From Convolutriloba macropyga (lineage: Eukaryota), in assembly GCF_964194025.1 (NCBI RefSeq), contig NC_134468.1, positions 18,104,001-18,168,000 of the forward strand: DNA of 64,000 nt, read 5' to 3'. Positions 63,901 to 64,000 of the stretch are shown here, in pieces. A model generated the notes under the pieces. That model was not told the origin of the DNA. It saw only the letters and a program-made list of their open reading frames with translations, and did not search any database. The first letter of the stretch is position 1. Each line of letters opens with the position of its first letter. A program made the position numbers and the translations under genes.

Positions 63901-64000
63901 TGCCAACGTATACGAGTAAGAAGTATATGCCTTTGGATCGTGACGATCATCAGCAGCCGCCAAGATATAGGGTCTAGCGAGAATTAGAAATTGAGAAAGA
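42059..64000 (-). CDS. HEATR6: HEAT repeat-containing protein 6 orthologue, 5'-partial; complement(join(42059..42989,54259..54560,54788..55017,55340..55934,63817..>64000))
   Basis: Spliced product includes AYTSYSYTLAASVKELHR, ISSTPYHKLRFGLL, FWQHVLEGPL, VACDCLAVI, AALRALGSY..FIADV, VRSRASWTLANLSD, NAVRGIG, KVRWNACYAAG and CPNFKVKINA. These match HEATR6 motifs as I recall them (AFTPFS..SIRELHR, NAPYDRLK, VRAKAAWSLGNL, KVRWNACYA, NFKVRI). Four GT-AG introns, phases 0, 1, 0, 2, all compatible. Confidence 0.9.
43256..43454 (+). repeat. 5' LTR (199 bp)
   Basis: TGAAGGAAGTC...CAGCTTATCA. I count 6 substitutions versus the 3' LTR (~97% identity). Contains TATATAAA. Confidence 0.96.
43455..43470 (+). 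promoter_or_regulatory. Primer binding site, degenerate copia/hemivirus type (internal tRNA-iMet)
   Basis: GGTTACTGTGCCCAGC directly after the LTR, versus GGTTATGGGCCCAGC (complement of the tRNA-iMet anticodon-arm region): 1 insertion, 1 mismatch. Confidence 0.75.
44325..45182 (+). pseudogene. Copia Gag with two zinc knuckles (ORF ends early through frameshift)
   Basis: CHNCNKFGHIARFC and CYNCNKFGHIATER (last Cys lost); ESLIEYITR..L and ILLKGLP are typical of copia Gag. Confidence 0.9.
45260..48196 (+). pseudogene. Copia Pol (protease, integrase, reverse transcriptase, RNase H), split by frameshifts and stops
   Basis: PR: VLDSG/TSHM. IN: WHKRLGH..CEIC, VHTDILGP, SDGAKEY, ENGKIE. RT: FKARFVAKGYSQ, QMDIKTAYLNA, LYGLKQSGRNW, VDD. 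RH: YADADWAG, RKSTSGY, STAEAE, DNQA, ADVLTK. Confidence 0.95.
48167..48177 (+). promoter_or_regulatory. Polypurine tract
   Basis: GAAAGGAGGGG immediately before the 3' LTR. Confidence 0.9.
48178..48376 (+). repeat. 3' LTR (199 bp)
   Basis: Direct repeat of 43256-43454. Confidence 0.96.
49131..49540 (-). mobile_element. Family 2 element, copy D (tRNA-like cassette at 49231-49323)
   Basis: AACATAAACCGACTAGCCTCGG hairpin end, AATTGCTCCTGAATGA subTIR, opposite end TCATTCGAGAGGAAT. Interior collinear with 59674-60090. Confidence 0.65.
49541..50020 (-). mobile_element. Family 2 element, copy E (long G-run-rich cargo), head-to-tail with copy D
   Basis: AAAAAACAACCGATAAAAGTCG..AATTGATCTCAAATGA start. 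Shares ACCATTAAAT.GTCTCC, ACTTAGAGACTA and TTATCCC..TTTGAGGAC with copy B. Right end approximate. Confidence 0.6.
51786..52220 (-). mobile_element. Family 3 Helentron-like element, 5'-truncated copy
   Basis: ~430 bp collinear with 52489-52996, starting at the AAACATAGCTGG end. Confidence 0.65.
52489..52996 (-). mobile_element. Family 3 Helentron-like element, both termini present
   Basis: Hairpin CTGGCA-GAT-TGCCAG (52499-52513), subTIR AATAGCCGCA (52516-52525) / TGCGGCTATT (52981-52990), terminal stem-loop AATAGCCTCAGC-TATC-GCTGTGCGGCTATT (52961-52990), A-runs on both sides. Confidence 0.72.
53340..53408. repeat. 23-bp minisatellite, 3 copies
   Basis: AACGAAGAATACAAATGGCATT(C/T) x3. Confidence 0.9.
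54259..54560 (-). CDS. HEATR6: HEATR6 exon
   Basis: tttttttcag|GTG TTG GAG ... ACA AAT AG|gtcagt; AG+G completes Arg with the terminal exon. Confidence 0.92.
54788..55017 (-). CDS. HEATR6: HEATR6 exon (not in ORF track)
   Basis: tttttctag|AG AGC CTG AAA ... TGG CAA CAT|gttagt; (E)SLKITAFNFIASLSQHYF...KLFQFWQH, open frame. Confidence 0.88.
55125..55236. mobile_element. 112-bp MITE in a short HEATR6 intron; GGG-terminated TIRs with putative AT TSD (ISL2EU/Harbinger-like)
   Basis: AT|GGGTAGATGGTAGCTCCAGCAG ... CTGCTGGTGCTACCATCTACCC|AT, 1 mismatch. The flanks extend the inverted repeat to 55119-55242. (GTAG)n-like core. Confidence 0.7.
55340..55934 (-). CDS. HEATR6: HEATR6 exon with Ser/Gly-rich loop
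   Basis: gttttag|GCG CTC TCG ... GAT CAA G|gtaacc; ALSELISSTPYHKLRFGLL...PPLAEVYEIF...ACWAMLIM. Confidence 0.9.
59674..60090 (-). mobile_element. Family 2 element, copy F (both termini; tRNA-like cassette)
   Basis: AAAAACATAAACCGAAAAATGTCGG hairpin end, AATTGCTCTTGCACGA subTIR, opposite end TTGCTATGAAATTCATTCAAGAGCAATT. Confidence 0.75.
59786..59857 (-). pseudogene. tRNA-derived sequence (SINE-head-like; isotype not assignable) inside a family 2 element
   Basis: 72 nt: GGTTCTGATGGCGCAATCGG (A box) ... TGTTCGAATCAC (B box) at tRNA spacing, followed by TTTTT. D/T-arm sequence resembles tRNA-Trp/Arg. The acceptor stem does not pair well, so not a functional tRNA. Confidence 0.65.
61960..62270 (-). 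mobile_element. Family 2 element, copy G (3' end missing) with tRNA-Lys(CTT)-like cassette at 61978-62056
   Basis: TCGTTCGAGAGCA terminus at 62255-62267. Minus strand reads GCCCGTATAGCGTAGTGGTT...CCAA-CTCTTAA-TTGG; B box degenerate. Confidence 0.55.
62711..62820 (-). mobile_element. Family 3 element, 3'-end fragment
   Basis: AAAACATAGT-CGGCA-GGT-TGCCG-GTTAATAGCCGC: same end, hairpin and subTIR arrangement as 52489. Confidence 0.5.
63010..63241 (-). mobile_element. Family 1 element, 5' fragment
   Basis: Minus strand TTTTTGTTCCGACCCCACTTGGGG... then core GTGGTCTCAATAGAAAGCCCGT...GGAGTTATCGCGG. Left boundary approximate. Confidence 0.65.
63817..64000 (-). CDS. HEATR6: HEATR6 exon (probably continues beyond the window)
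   Basis: Open frame LSQFLILARPYILAAADDRHDPKAYTSYSYTLAASVKELHRVM...VALQ|gtaaat, phase 0 into the 55934 exon. Confidence 0.88.

Overview
Eukaryotic (metazoan-type), AT-rich, repeat-dense DNA, so most of the supplied ORF track is spurious. Two spliced genes lie in tandem on the minus strand. One is a complete 4-exon TMEM101 orthologue (37056->33947, 260 aa). The other is the 3' part of a HEATR6 orthologue (5 exons, >64000->42059). All junctions are GT-AG and phase-compatible. The last HEATR6 intron (11.3 kb) holds an antisense, full-length but disrupted Ty1/copia retrotransposon (43256-48376; 199-bp LTRs; internal tRNA-iMet-type PBS). I could not identify coding exons in 1-33.9 kb. Much non-coding DNA consists of non-autonomous elements with Helentron/DINE-1 (HINE) architecture: a 5' sub-terminal inverted repeat (subTIR) folded into a stem-loop, a 3' subTIR, a short 3' hairpin and T-rich ends. 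Three families with unrelated terminal sequences are present. Family 1 has grown a hierarchical array (~180 bp -> 1.43 kb -> 3.15 kb) inside an 8-kb copy. Family 2 keeps constant ends around a variable internal slot holding either G-run-rich DNA or a tRNA-like cassette followed by a T4-5 run. That cassette is the best candidate here for something undescribed, but it is an inference from three diverged copies. Several templated-insertion and fold-back scars and two small MITEs are also visible. Homology calls come from my recall of the protein and TE families, not from database searches.
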